This document shows positions 27,207-42,011 of a stretch of 64,000 nt of DNA, one piece after another. Location of the stretch: the NCBI RefSeq assembly GCF_009914755.1, contig NC_060947.1; one strand, given 5' to 3'. Position 1 is the first letter of the stretch. Every line of letters begins with the position of its first letter. The DNA is from the human T2T-CHM13v2.0 reference genome, Homo sapiens. A program made the position numbers and the translations under genes. The notes beneath the pieces were generated by a model. The model searched no databases. It was not told where the DNA came from and saw only the letters and a list, made by a program, of their open reading frames with translations.

Positions 27207-29888
27207 CTTTTTTTTTATTTCAACTTTTATTTTAGATTGAGGGGGTACATGTGCAGGTTGTGCTACATGGGTATATTTTGCAATGCTGAGGTTTGGGGTA
27301 TGGATTCCATCATGCAGGTAGTGAGCATAGTACCCGATAAGTAGTTTTATCACACATGCCCCACTCCCATCCTCCCCCCTCTAGTAGTCCAGGTTGTCAA
27401 TTGTTTCCATGTTTATGTCCATGTATGCTCAATGTTTAGCTCCCACTTAGAAGTGAGAACCCACAGTACTTGGTTAACTGATCCTCTGTTAATTTGATTA
27501 GGATTATAGCCTCCAGCTTCATCCATGTTGCTGCAAAGGACAGAATTTTGTCATTTTTTTCTGGTTGCATAATACTCCATGGCATGTATGTACCACATTT
27601 TCTTTATCCAGTCCACCATTGATAGGTACCTAGGTTGATTCCATGTCTTTGCTATTGTGACTGGTGCTGCAATCAACCTATAAGTGCACATGTCTTTTTG
27701 GTAGAATGATTTGTTTTCTGTTTGGTATATATCCAGTAATGAGATTGCTAGGTCATGTGGTAGTTCTGTTTTAGGTTCTTTGAGAAATCTCCAAACTGCT
27801 TTCCACAGTGGCTGAACTAATTTACATTCACATTCCCACCAACGGTGTATAAGTGTTCCCTTTTCTCCACAGCCTCACCAGCATCTGTTGTTTTTTTGAC
27901 TTTTTAATAATCACCAGTCTGACTGGTGTGAGACGGTATCTCACTGTGGTTCAGATTTGCATTTCTCTAATGATAGTGATAGTGAGCATTTTTTCATGTT
28001 TTTTTCATATGTTTGTTGGCTTCTTATGTGTCTTTTGACAAGTGTCTGTTCATTTCGTCTGCCCATTTTTTAATGGTGGTATTTGCTCCTTGCTTGTCAA
28101 TTTAAGTTCCTTATAGATTCCAGATGCAAGACTTTTGTCACGTGCATAGTTTGTGAACTTTTTCTTCCATTCTGTAGGTTGTGTTTACTCTGTTGATAGT
28201 TTCTTTTGCTATGCAAATGTTCTTTAGTTAATTAGATCCCACTTGTCAAATTTTGTTTTTCTTCCAATTGCTTTTAGGGATTTAGCCAAAAATGATTTGC
28301 CAAGGCCAGTACCAGTAAGGGTATTTCCTACGGTTTCTTCTAGGATTCTTAGAGTTTGAAGTCTTACATTTAAATCCATCTTGAGTTTATTTTTGTACAT
28401 GTTGAAAGATAAGTGTCCACTTTCATTTTTCTGAGTGAGGCCAGCCAGTTATCCCAGGGCCATTTACTGAATAGGAGTTAGTTTTCCTATTGCACCACTT
28501 ATTTAATAGGGGGTCCTTTTTCTATTGCTTGGCCTTGTCGGAGATCAGATGGTTGTAGGTGTGTGGCTTTATTTCTGAGATTTCTGTTCTGTTCCATTGG
28601 TCTATGTGTCCATTTTTGTACCAGGACCATACTGTTGTGATTACTGTAGCCTTATAGTATAATTTGAAGTTGAATAGTTTAATGTCTCCAGTTTTGTTCC
28701 TTTTTCTTAGGATTGCTTTGGCTATTGGGCCTCTTTTTTTGGTTCCATGTGAATTTTAGAATAGTTTTTCTAATTCTTTGAAGAAGATATTGGTAGTTTG
28801 ATAGGAATACTGTTGAATCTCTAAATTGCTTTGGGGAGTACAGCTATTGTTTTTGAGAAATTGCTGATATATCTAAGATTTAGGAAACATGGGACTAAAA
28901 CTCAAAAATTATTTCATTGCTTAAAACTTGAATGTACAATAAGAAATAGTTTTTTTTTAAATTTTTGTCAGGCTTTAGTTCTCTTATTTTTAAACAGATA
29001 TTTTGAAGTATAATGTGACATTCAGCCTCAAAAACGTCATGCTAAGTGAAAGAATCCAGATCCAAAAGACTACATATTGTATGATTCTGTTTGTACGGCA
29101 TTTCTAGAAAAGGTAAATTTATAGAGATGGCAAGCAGATCAATGTTTGCCCTGCAGCTGGGGATGGGAATGTGGAATGATCACAAATGGGCACAAGAGAG
29201 CATTTTGAGGTGATTCAAATGATCTAAAGCTGGGTTACCATGATGATTGCACATCTAAAAATCATTGAATTGTACATTTACGAGGGGTGAAGTTTATGGC
29301 ATGTAAAGTATGACCATTTTAACAATATTGATTTTTCCAGTTCATAAGTATGGGAATAATTTTTCATTTATTTTTATCATCTCTGATTTCCTTCAGCAGT
29401 TTTTTGTAGTTCTTCTTATAGAGATCTTTCACCTCCTTGGTTAGCTGTATTGCCAGGTATTTCATTTTCTTTGTGGCCACTTAAAATGGGCTTTTGTTCT
29501 TAACTTGCCTCTTAGCCTGGGCATTATTGGTGTATAGAAATGCTACTGACTTTTATACAATGGCTTTTTATCCTGAAACTTTACTAAAATTACTAGTTCT
29601 AGAAGCCCTTTGGCAAAGTCTTCAGGGTTTTCTAGGTGTAAGATTACATCATCAGCAAAGAGAGATAGTTTGATTTCTTCCTTTCTTACACTATCAGTGG
29701 GGTGTTGAAGTGTCCAACTGTTATATATGGCTGTCTAAGTCTTTTCATAGGCCGTGAATAACACGTTTTGTAAAACTACTTACTTCAATTTTGGGTGTAT
29801 ATATATGATACTTCAGTCTTTTTGTTGGATTATACCCTTTATCATTATGTAATGCCCTTCCTTTTCCTTCTTATTTTTATTGGTTTGA
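27207..29888 (-). mobile_element. L1PB-type element (3' end to ORF2), interrupted at ~28850-29306, internal deletion at ~29690
   Basis: Poly-T, then L1PB-like 3'UTR (gggggtacatgtgcaggtt), ORF2; sequence jumps to EN region at ~29690. Confidence 0.85.
29010..29306 (+). mobile_element. Ancient L1ME/MC-type 3'UTR fragment within a foreign insert
   Basis: ctcaaaaacgtcatgctaagtgaaagaatccaga...aaaatcattgaattgtacattta. Confidence 0.8.
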
Positions 29889-30333
<445 letters not shown>

Positions 30334-30339
30334 ACTACT

Positions 30340-30465
30340 CTCTCTCCCTACTGAAATGTAAACTCCATTGAGGCAAAGCTTTCTCTCATGTTTGTTCATT
30401 GCTGTATTTGAGCAACTATAACATTGTCAGATGTTCAATACACATTTATTGAATGACTGAATTAA
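30340..30465 (+). mobile_element. LINE-2 3' end
   Basis: tgtaaactccattgaggcaaag...atgttcaatacacatttattgaatgactgaat. Confidence 0.7.
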
Positions 30466-31612
30466 TATTAGGGGACTTATGTCATATACAGGTTCTTTGT
30501 TTTACATCTTGGGGGCTTCTGTTTTCTAATAATTTAAATCCTGATCAGTATATCATGCTGCTTCTACCACCCATAAATATACCTGCTTACTTGCTTCTTT
30601 CTCAAGTAAAATAAAACTCACAAGTTTTATTAAAGTTAACTAAGATGTCTATATTTTAATAAAGCATAGTTATTAAGCATACCAGAAAAGTGATATTATA
30701 AAGTTAGAATATTTATGCAGAGATATATTTTAAAATAAGAATCTTTAGAAACTGAAACTTAGAGTATAATAAATCAATTCATTTGCTTGCAATAGCAAAT
30801 AGTTGTCACATAGAACTATATTAAAGAAATTTAATACATGTGAACATTACCAGTAGTTTCATGTATGGTGCAGTTTAGTAAAATTCTATCATAAAGTATT
30901 TTATAATTATACAAATAATTTAAAAGTTATTTAGTTTACTACACATCCTTTTTTTGGTTTTGTTTTTTACTTATCATCTTTTTCCATGACAGATGGTTCT
31001 CATAAAGCTATGAATTACAATAAACTGCCTTTTGGTTACCGGGATAGCCACATTACCCAGGCTTAACCAACTATGTTCATCAATATTACTGCCGAGAGAG
31101 AAAGTTCCAATTATACAGTTTCAGATTGTTGAATATACCAATCTGGCTTTGCACAGTTCTATGTACTAATAAACTACCTTCTTTGTAAAAATTAGCCTTC
31201 ATTGATTTTCTTTTTTTAATTTTTAATTTTTGTGGGTCATAGTAGGTGTATATATTTATGGGGTACATAAGCTGTTTTAATACAGGTATGCAATGCATAG
31301 TAATTACATCATTGAAAATGGGATATCCAAACCCTTAGGCATTTTTCTTTGTGTTATGAAAAATCCAATTTCACTATTTTAGATATGTTTAAATGTACAA
31401 TAAAATCATAATTAACCATTGTCACCCTATTGTGCTATCTAATATTAGGTCTTATTAATTCTTTTTAAATACTTTTTTTTACTCATTAACAATTGCCACC
31501 TCTCTCACCCTGACACCCATTACCCATCCCAGCCTCTAGTAACGTAACCCGCCTTCTACTCTCTATCTCCATGAGCTCAAAGGTTTTGAATTTTAGATCA
31601 CACAAAACTATG

Positions 31613-31822
31613 CTTATCCTAAGTAAAAAGAGTAAATAATCAACCAATGAAAAATAATGACCATAACAACTTTTCGTGGCATAGTTCAATAGGATATAAA
31701 CAGAAACAATAAAAAGTTAAGAAGCAGAGAGACAAAGTTAAGACAGAGTTTTTACTCGGTTTATTTTTGCTTTTTTGTTTGTTTATGCAAATAACATAAA
31801 GTTGTTATCAGGTTAAATATTA
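31613..31822 (+). mobile_element. Inverted L1 inter-ORF fragment
   Basis: Reverse complement of 36482-36693. Confidence 0.9.
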
Positions 31823-32593
31823 CCCACTCCACTGCCCTTTCCAGCCTTGAAAACTATCCTTCTACTCTATCTCCATGAAATTAATTGTGTTGATTTTTAG
31901 ATCTCACATGTGAATGAAAACATGTAAAGTTTGTCTTTATGTGCCTAGCTTATTTTACTTAATGTTCTGTAGTTCCATCCCTGTTGTTGCAAATGACAGT
32001 ACTACATTGTGTATATGTACCACATTTTCTTTTTGCATTTGTCTGTTGATAGACACTTAGGTTGATTTCAAATCTTGGATATTGCAAATAATGCTGCAAC
32101 AAGCATAGAAGTGCAGCTATCTCTTGGATGTACTGATCTCCTTTCTTTTGGGTATGTACCCAGCAGTGGGATTGCTGGATCATATGGTAGCTCAATATTT
32201 AGTTTTTTGAGGAACATGCAAATGATTCTTCATACTGGCTGTACTAATTTACATTCCCACCAACAGTGTGCGAAGGTTCCCTTTTCTCTGCATCCTCGCC
32301 AACATTTGTTTTTCTAGGGTAAGATGATATCTCATTATAGTTTTTATTTGCATTTTTCTGATGATCAATGATGTTGAGCACCTTTTCATATGGCCATTTG
32401 CCTTTTGTATGTCTTCTTTTGAGAAATGTCTATTCAAATATTTTACTCATTTTAAAAATCAGATTATTAGATTGTTTTCTACAAAGTTTTTTGAGCTCTT
32501 TATATATTCTGGTTATTAATTTCTTGTCAGATAGGTAGTTTGCAAATTTTCTCTTTAATTATCTGTGCTGTCTCTTCACTTTGTTGTTTAGAT

Positions 32594-32929
32594 CAGGGGT
32601 TCCCAACCCCCGGGCCATGGACTGGTACTGGTCCATGGCCTGTTAGGAACTGGACCACACAGCAGGAGGTGAGCAGCACGAGAGTGAGCATTACCACCTG
32701 ACCTTTACCTCCTGTCAGGTAAGCATTGGCGTTAGATTCTCATAGGAGCACAAACCCTACTGTGAACTGCAAATTTGAGGGATCTAGGTTGCGTGCTCCT
32801 TAAGAGAATCTAATGCCTGATAATATGAGGTGGAACAATTTCATCCCCAAACCAACTCCCCTCCTGTCCCAGGGAAAAACTGGCTTCCACGAAACTGGTC
32901 CTTGGTGCCAAAAAGGTTGAGGACCACTG
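32594..32929 (+). mobile_element. MER1B (hAT-Charlie), complete
   Basis: caggggttcccaacc ... ggttgaggaccactg TIRs; 8-bp TSD gtttagat/gtttagct. Confidence 0.92.
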
Positions 32930-35677
32930 GTTTAGCTCCTTTGTTTTACAGAAGCTTTTTCTCTTTATGTGATCTCATTTGTTTATTTTTGCTTTGATTG
33001 CTAGTGCTTGTGGGGTATTGCTCAAGAAATTTTTGCCCAGAACAATGTCCTGGAGATTTTCCCCAATGTTTTCTTGTAGTAGTTCCACAGTTTGAGATCT
33101 TAGATTTAAGTCTTTAATACATTTTGATTTTATATTTTTGTATAGCAATATGGGATCTAGTTTCCTTCTTTTGCATGTAACTATCCAGTTTTCCCAGCAC
33201 CGTTTATTGAAGAGACGGTCATTTCCCCAGTGTATTTTCTTGGTACCTTTTTCAAAAATAAGTTCACTGTAGGTGTGTGGATTTGTTTCTGGGTTCTCTA
33301 TTCTATGCCGTTGATCTACGTGTCTGTTTTTATTGCAGTAATATACTATTTTGGTTACTATATCTGTAATATGATTGAAGTCAGGTAATGTAATTCCTCC
33401 TTTTTTTTTTTTTTTTTTTTTTGTTAAGATAGGCTCGGCTGCTCTGGGACTTCTGTGGTTCCATATAAATTTTAGAATTGTTGCTTTTTCTTTCTTTGTG
33501 AAGAATGTCATTGCTATTTTGATAGAGATTACATTGAGTCTGTAGCTTGCTTTTGGTAATATGGACATTTTAACAATTTTGATTCTTCTAATCCATAAAC
33601 GTGGAATATCCTTCCATTGTTTGGTGTCCTCTTCAATTATTTCTTTTATCAGTGTTTTCTAGTTTTCATTATAGCAATTTTCACTTCTTTGGTTAAGCTC
33701 ATTCCTAGGTATTTAATTTTATGTGTGGCTATTGTAAATGGGATTACTTTTTTATTTTCTTTTCACATTGTTCACTGTTGGCATATGAAAATGCTACTGA
33801 TATTGTATGTTAATATTTTATCCTGCAACTTTACTGAATTTGTCTATCAGTTCTAATAGTTTTCCTTTGAAGTCTTGAGGTTTTTCCAAATGTAAGATTA
33901 TATCATCTGCAAACAGAATAATTTGATCTCTTCCTTTCCAATTTGGATGTTGGTTATATCTTTCTTTTGTCTTATTCCTCTAGCAAGGATTTCCAGTACT
34001 GTACTGAATAACAGTGGTGACAGTTAGCACCCCTGTTGTGTTCCATATCTTAGAAGAAAGGCTTTCACTTTTTTCCCATTCAATGTTATACGAGCTGTGG
34101 GTCTGTCATATACGACTTTTCTTGGGTTGACATATGTTCCTTTTATGTCCAGTTCGTTTAGCGTTTTTAATGTGAATACATGTTGAATTTTTTCATTTTT
34201 TCAACATCCATTAAAATGGTCATATGTTTTTATCCTTAGTTCGTTCCATTGATATGGTGTATCACATACATTGATTTGCACATGTTGAAACATTCCTTCA
34301 TCCCAGGGATAAATCCCACTTGATCATGATGAATAATCTTTCTAATGTATTGTTGAATTCTGTTTGCCAGTATTTTGTTGAAGATTTTTGCATCAATATT
34401 CATGAGATATATTGTCCTGTAATTTTCTTGCTTTTTTTTTTTTTTGATGTTTGGAGGGTAATGCTGGCCTTGTTTTGTAAGTTTGGAAGTAATCTCACTG
34501 CCTACATTTTTCGGAAGAGCGTGAGTAGGATTGGTAGTATTTCTTCTTTAAATATTAGTTATAATTCAGCAGTAAAGCCAACAGGCTCCAGGCTTTCCTT
34601 TATTTGGAGAATTTTTATTATGACATCAATCTCGTTACTTGTTATTGATCTGTTCAGGTTTTGGATTTCTTCCTGGTTCAACGTTGGTAGGTTATATGTA
34701 TTTAGGTATTTGTCCATTTCTTCTAGGTTTTCCAATTTATTGATATATAGTTGCTCATAGTAGCCACTAATGATCCTTTGAATTTCTGTAGTTTCAGTTG
34801 TAATATCTCCTTTTTCATATCTGATTTTATTTATTTGGAACTTCTTTTTTTCTTAGTCTGGCTAAAGGTTGGTCAATTTTTTTAACTTTTCAGAAGAAAA
34901 ACCACAACTATTTGTTGTATTGATCTTTTCTATTGTTTTATTCATTTCAATTTTATTTCTTTCTGCTCTGATCTTTATTTCTTTTCTTCTACTACTATAA
35001 TTTTGATTTTGGTTTGACCTTGGATTTTAAGTTCATTAAGATGCATCATTAGATTGTTCTTAAAAAGTTTTTCCTCTTTTTAAATGTAGGTCCCTATAGA
35101 TAAAAGCTTCCCTCTTAGTACAGTTTTTTTTTTTTGTATCCAATAGGTTTTGGTATGCTGTTATTTTATTATCATTTGTTTAAGGAAATTTTTCTCTGTT
35201 TTTTCTCAATTTCTTCATCGACCCACTGGTCATTCAGGAGCATACTGTTTAATTTTCATATATTTGTATAGTTTTCAAAATCCCTCTTGTTATTAATTTC
35301 TTGTTTTATTTTATTATGGTCAGAGAAGATATTTGATATAATTTTATTTTTTTGAATGTTTTAAGACTTGTTTTGTGAATTAATATTTGCTCTATTATTG
35401 AGAATGATCCATGTGCTGAGGAAAGGAATATATATTCTGCAGCTTTTGGATGAAATGCTCTGTAAATATTTATTAGGTCCATTTAATCTATAGCGTAGAT
35501 TAAGTTTGATATTTCTTTATTGATTTTCTGTCTAGAAGATCTGTCCAATGCTGAAGGTAGCGTGTGGGTCTCCAGCTATTATTGTTCTGTGTTTTCTCAT
35601 TCTCTTTTGCTCTCATAGTATTTGCTTTATATATCTGGATGCTCCAGTATTGGGTTCATATATATTTAAAATTGTTA

Positions 35678-36008
<331 letters not shown>

Positions 36009-37494
36009 TTACATAGTCGCCTTCTGTGTCTCTTATAGTTTTTGCCTTGAAATCTATTTTGTCTGATGTAAGTGTAGCGACTTCTGCTCTTTTTTGGTTT
36101 CCATTGGCATGGAATATCTTTTTCCATCCCTTTATTTTCAGTCTAAGTGTGTCTTTATGAGTGAAGTGTGTTTCTTTTTGGCAACAGTTCAGTGAGACCT
36201 TTTTTTTTCATCCATTCAACTAGTCTATCCCTTGTCATTGGAGAGTTTATTTCATTTATATTCAATGCCATTGTTGATAAGCAAGGACTTACTCCTGCCA
36301 TATTGTTGTTTTCTAGTTGTTCTATGGTCTTCTCTTCCTCTTTTCATTTCTTTCCACCTTCCTCTAGTGATAATAATTATCTCTGGTAATATGGTATTGT
36401 TTTTTGTTTTTTTTTTTGTATTTACTATATGCTTTGTTTATTTGAGGTTATCATGAGGCTTGCACATATTATCTTGTAACCTATTATTTAACCTGATAAA
36501 AACCTTATGTTATTTTCATAAACAAAGAAAAAGTCAAAAAGAAAACTAGTAAAAACTCTATGTCCTAACTTTGTCCCTCTGCTTCTTAACTTTTTATTGT
36601 TTCTGTTTATATCCTATTGTACTATGTCATGAAAAGTTGTTGTGGTCATTATTTTTCATTGGTCGATTATTTAGTCTTTCTACTTAGGGTAAGAGTAGTT
36701 TACTCATCACAGGTACAATGTTAATAATATCCTATGTTTTCCTGTGTACTTACTTTTATCAGTGAGTTTTATACCTTCAGGTGATTGTTTATTGCTCATT
36801 AATGTCTTTTACTTTCTGATTGATGGACTTCCTCTAGCATTTCTTGTAGGATAGGTTTGGTGTTGATGAAATCCCTCCGCATTTGTATTAATACCCTTAA
36901 TTTTACAGAAGATAAAATTTACTTGAGAGAAGTTAAGAAAATTATCCCTTGCTAGTCTACTAGTTAGTGAATGTTCCAAAAATCACCAAATATCCTAATA
37001 TTCAGTCTTCTTATTTTAAATATGTCTTTAAAACTTTTTTGATGCTTTTTCTTCTGCCTCTGCTGTTTCTTCTTTCTTTGTGAAAACATCTACTTTTTAT
37101 ACTGTTATGAAAAGGAATATTGATACAACTGGGTCCTTTTACTTAAGTACAACTTCTATCAGTTCTGCAACTTCATGACTACTTAGTGGATTTGGTAACA
37201 TCAATTGTCTCCAACCATCTGTTTGTAGCTTATTACAGAAATGTGATTATTTTGCCTTAGGGGATCCATAATGAGCTCCAGAAAATCCTAGATGTCATCT
37301 CCATTTTGAGCTTTTTAACCAATTCTCGCTTCTCATATATTTTCTTTTTCTTATTTAGTAGACCAGAAATGTAGAGAAACCCCATGGCCATCACCAGCCA
37401 TTGCTTTGTCATTCTTCTAATTCCCTACTTCTAAGTTTCTACTTTATTTAAATGTTAACATTTTTTAAAATCTATAAATTATTTTTTGTGAGGT

Positions 37495-38102
37495 GTAATA
37501 GAGATTTCCCTTGATCAGTAAAATACATTTCATCTTCATAGTATACAACTATAAGTGAGTAGCAGCTGGCCAGGAAAAGTTCATATTTGCATGCACCCAT
37601 ATAGTTATGAACATATGATTAGTTTTCATCAATGGAATGTAGGTGAACATAGCGAGTGCCACTTTTGGATCAAGACTTTGAAAATATAAATGTGCCACCT
37701 TTTTTCCCGTTTCTCTTCATTGATTTGCTGTATATTTAAAATGATAAGGCCTATGAGCTGTACTGTTTTATATGGTGGCCACTAGCCACATGTGACTATT
37801 TCAATCTAAAATAATTAAAATTTAATACAATTTAAAATTAAGTTTCTCATTTACACTAGCCACATTTCAAAAATATAAAGGTTATATTGTCATTATTGCA
37901 AAATCTGTTATTGAAGGGCACTGACTTAGATAATGGTAGAGATAAGATGCAGAGAGCCTTGTTCATTGCATCTTAGTGAGGAGAGCCAATCAGCTATTCA
38001 CCTCTGATGAGTGCATGAAATAAACTTCTAGTTTAGTCCAGTGTACATCTATATATTTGGCGGTCTTTATTTCTTAGTATTTTAGATTGTCCTAGTTGAC
38101 AT
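37495..38102 (+). mobile_element. Old MLT1-type LTR interrupted by MER3/MER33
   Basis: catatgattagttttcatcaatggaatgtaggtgaa...tgccactt; aaataaacttct near end. Confidence 0.55.
37757..37924. mobile_element. MER3/MER33-type hAT MITE
   Basis: gccactagccacatgtgactatt...cactagccacatttcaa. Confidence 0.75.
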
Positions 38103-39121
38103 AGAAGCTAAGTGGTAATTTTAAAAATATTTTAACATCTTTTTAGACATTTGGAAGATTTCCTACCTCCTTTTATTTTTTTATTTGTTTTTTTCTACAT
38201 TTAAAATCAAAACAATATAGAATATGTTTTTTTAAAGTAGAATGTTTTAAGATGTAGTGTATTCAAGAAAAAAGTCCAATAGAAACTTCTCATGGTAATG
38301 CATCCACAGTGAAAAAGCCATGATGAAACTTCAGGTTTCTTTTTCCACCTTCTTACCTTATAAGATAATATCCTTAAAAGTACAAGCCCAGGAAGGGCAT
38401 GGTCTTTGGGCTCAGATTCTTTGGGTTTGAGTCATGATTCTAACACTTCATATTTACAACCTTTGTAGTTTTATGGCCATCTATAAATAACAATAATCGA
38501 AAAAGTCACCAGAGTTCTGCACATAGAAAACAATATATCAGTTTAATTGCTGATAAAACCTGGGCTGGAGAATATGAATTAGATATGTGGCAATAATGAG
38601 CTTCATGATACTCCTGACCCCACCAATTTAGATATTGGCACAGTCTACTGCAGGCAAAGCTTGAGTCTTCAGGAAAGACTTGCACAGAATTGTTGCCTTT
38701 CACTGCAGGAGGGGGTTGAGAAGGAGAGTAGAGTGCAAATTTTCAAAGTTTAGGAATTTCAATACATTAACATCACCAAATTCATAGATTTGGACCAAGG
38801 TATATCTGACAATTCAATTAGCCACTGTTGAGAGGCAAAGAAGTGTAGCAGAAGACCAGAATAATATAAGGAAAATTTATTGTCAAGAAAACCAGAGAAA
38901 TAATAGAGAAGGCTTTAGCATTGTGAGTTTGTTTCTTTACAGTAAATGGAGATGGTAATAGTGCTTAGGATTGCTATGACCATTAAATGCTATAATTTTA
39001 GTAAAACATATAATGCTTTATGAATGGTAGACTTTTACTAATTCTATTAGTAATAATAATGTCATTTTTTATTGTTGTTGCCTGAACATTTATAGTTGTA
39101 GATTAATTATTTGGTAAACTT

Positions 39122-39413
39122 ACTGGAGGGGTGATGAAGCAAAGTTGATTAATGGGTACAAATATATAGTTAGATAGAAAATATAAGATCTTTAGTTTGA
39201 TAGATCAGTAGGTGATTATAATTAACATTAATCTATTGTACATTTCAAAATAGAAGAAAATAATTCAAATGTTTCTGGAATACAAATATATAAATGTTTA
39301 AGGTCATGGATATACAAATTACACCCACTTGATCATATGGATATATCAAATTTTCACGTGTACCTCAAACACATGTACATCTATTATGTATAAGTACAAT
39401 TTTATTTAAAAAG
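39122..39413 (+). mobile_element. Short L1MA 3' end
   Basis: gttgattaatgggtacaaatatatagttagatagaa...catgtacatctattatgta followed by A-rich end. Confidence 0.8.
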
Positions 39414-42011
39414 TAAACATTTTAGTTTTTATGAAGTAGAATTTTTTTAATGAAGCTAGAAAGAATGAATACTTGGGAATTCCTAAGGGATGACAATAAC
39501 TAATGAAAGTTTTATGGAAAGTAGGAAAGTTGTTGTTTTATTTTCTCTGTAAATTTGACTGGCTCTGGATCAGGCCTGAAACAATTGCTGGCAAACAATA
39601 TGGGAGGTAAGTTTTGTATCTTAATCAAAAAATTAGAAATTAAGTATTCATTCTTTGAAATAGAAAATATAATGAGCACATATTATTATAATTAGCATTT
39701 GCAACTGGAAAAATATTGGGGACCATTAAAATTTAACAGGAATGGAATCATTCTTCCATCTATTAATTTTTACTAATCTATTGGATAATTCTTTAGTGTC
39801 ATAGTACATCACATTGCACTGTGGGCCTGTTGGGGATGCAAATTAGCTCAACATTCATTCTGTCTTCAAAAACTTGTAGACTAATATATGGAATTTAGTT
39901 CTAAATATTATAATCCTTATAATCCTATAATAAAAAGTAAAAATTAGAGCTTTGGGAGTTTAGAGAAAAATATTTTCAATTGTAGAATTTAGAGGAAGTA
40001 TTATTTTCAGCTGTGGTGTGGTTTGGGGGAGGAAAGCTTCAAGGGAAGTTTGAAGGAGGAGATAGCATATGAACTCAGTTACATTTGGACAAAAGTCATG
40101 GTGGTAGGGTTTTCCATGCCAATGAAACAAGAGGTAAAAAAATTATTTCCATCTGGGTAAATTAAAGATACACAAATAAAACAGAAGCAATTAACAAATG
40201 TAATATAAATTATTTGCCAAATAATTTTATAGTTTTACTTAGTATAAGAAAAATGTTGAACTTATGTTAATAGATCTAGATAATCTAAAAGCTAAAATGT
40301 TTAAGATTGACTTAATTTAGAAAGTTTTGAATTGGTTTAAAAGGAATGAATGAAAATAAACGAATGACTTAGATGTAATTTCTGAGGAAGTTTTATATGT
40401 TAATAGTGAGCTATTCTAAATCTTGCTACCTTCTTATAGACACATTGGAATAAGAATCAGTTGTACAGATATGTACTAAAGATGATGGAATCTTGAAGTG
40501 AATGTACAACATAAATAAGAAATGTATATCATTCTCTTTAACATGAGCACGTAGTATTTTTAAAACTAACTTGAAATATAGTAAATTGTCAAATTTAAAA
40601 TACAGGTTTGGAGTATTGCATTCAATTTCAATTATAAATCTCAAAAAATATGAGTAATTTCAGAAACTTTACAAGTAATAAAACAAATCTTCAATTGTTA
40701 TTATTTTATTGGGTAGATAAAATAAATAATATAGGCAGGCACATGTACACATACACACACCCATGCATACATAGATTCACAGAGATGCACATAAACAGCA
40801 TAGCACATGCAAGTTATTTATGCATGAAAATTTTTAAAGTTATACTATTATAACAGGTATAGTGCCATTTGTTTAATCTCTTTAAATGAAAGATATTTAC
40901 ATTTAAAAATATTCCAGTAAGATTCACTATGCCTATTATATTTTAACTTTTTATAATTTCTATTATGTTTAGTGTTATCTGTGATATTGGGCCATGCATA
41001 AAAGCTAACAATGAAGAAATTTCCATGTTTCCACACTGGGCTGAATATATCCTGAAATTGAATACTGAACAATGAATTATATTATGCAAAACAGAAGACA
41101 TACAAGCAGAAAAGGCTGAAGTATTTTAATGGCACTTCAAACGCTTCACATAATGGGAACATAGATGGAGGCACACTTTTTTTCTTTGATGGCTCAACCC
41201 CTCTATTTCAGTTGCATGAACCTTTTGTTCATGTCCTCTCTAAAAGAATTTTAAAGAACATTTTAGATGTTGCACATTTATGATGTCATATATTTTTATT
41301 ATCTAAGTTTTATTATCTAGAAGTGGCAAAAGATAGAATTTTTGGCATATTGCATACATTGTCATTTTAAATAAAACAGTTACATTTGCTTAAAATATCT
41401 CAGATCATCCAAATTCCATAATGATCTGATACAACCAAACTGTTACACAATATAATGAATAAACAAACTCTTATTTCAAAATCTGAAATTATGTATTATT
41501 TGTTTTCCCCCTTGTAATTATATAAACAGTGCACTTCTTTCACATAAACTTAATATAATACATTTTGTATTTGAAAATTCTTATTGATCAAAGCAACTTA
41601 AGTTTCTTCAGCAAAATAATATGTATCTAAATTGAAATTATATTTTGTAAATTTTCAGTTACCATAAATCTCTAAATGCTAAATTTTCTTCTGTTTGGTT
41701 GCCAATTGTAATTCTTAGTAGTAAACAATAGGTCAAAACAACATGCATCTTTCATCAATTTTGGGAAATAACCAAAGTATAAAAATTATTATAATTATTT
41801 CTAAATGAGATGGATGAGTTACGCTTTTGTTTTTTCAATTGACTTATTATGTATCTGTAGATAGATATTACTTATTGCTACAGTGAGTCAAAACACAATA
41901 TTCTGTTTTTTTTCTCATTTAATAGGGATAAGTGCTGAGTAAACCTCTTCATAAACAAATAGATGATAATACAGTTATGATGTTACAGCAATGTTTCTCA
42001 AGTCTTTGTAC

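Noticed and set aside
32975-33568. 197-aa ORF, longest in window
   Set aside because: Fragment of decayed L1 ORF2 bounded by stops and frameshifts, next to a MER1B insertion; not a gene
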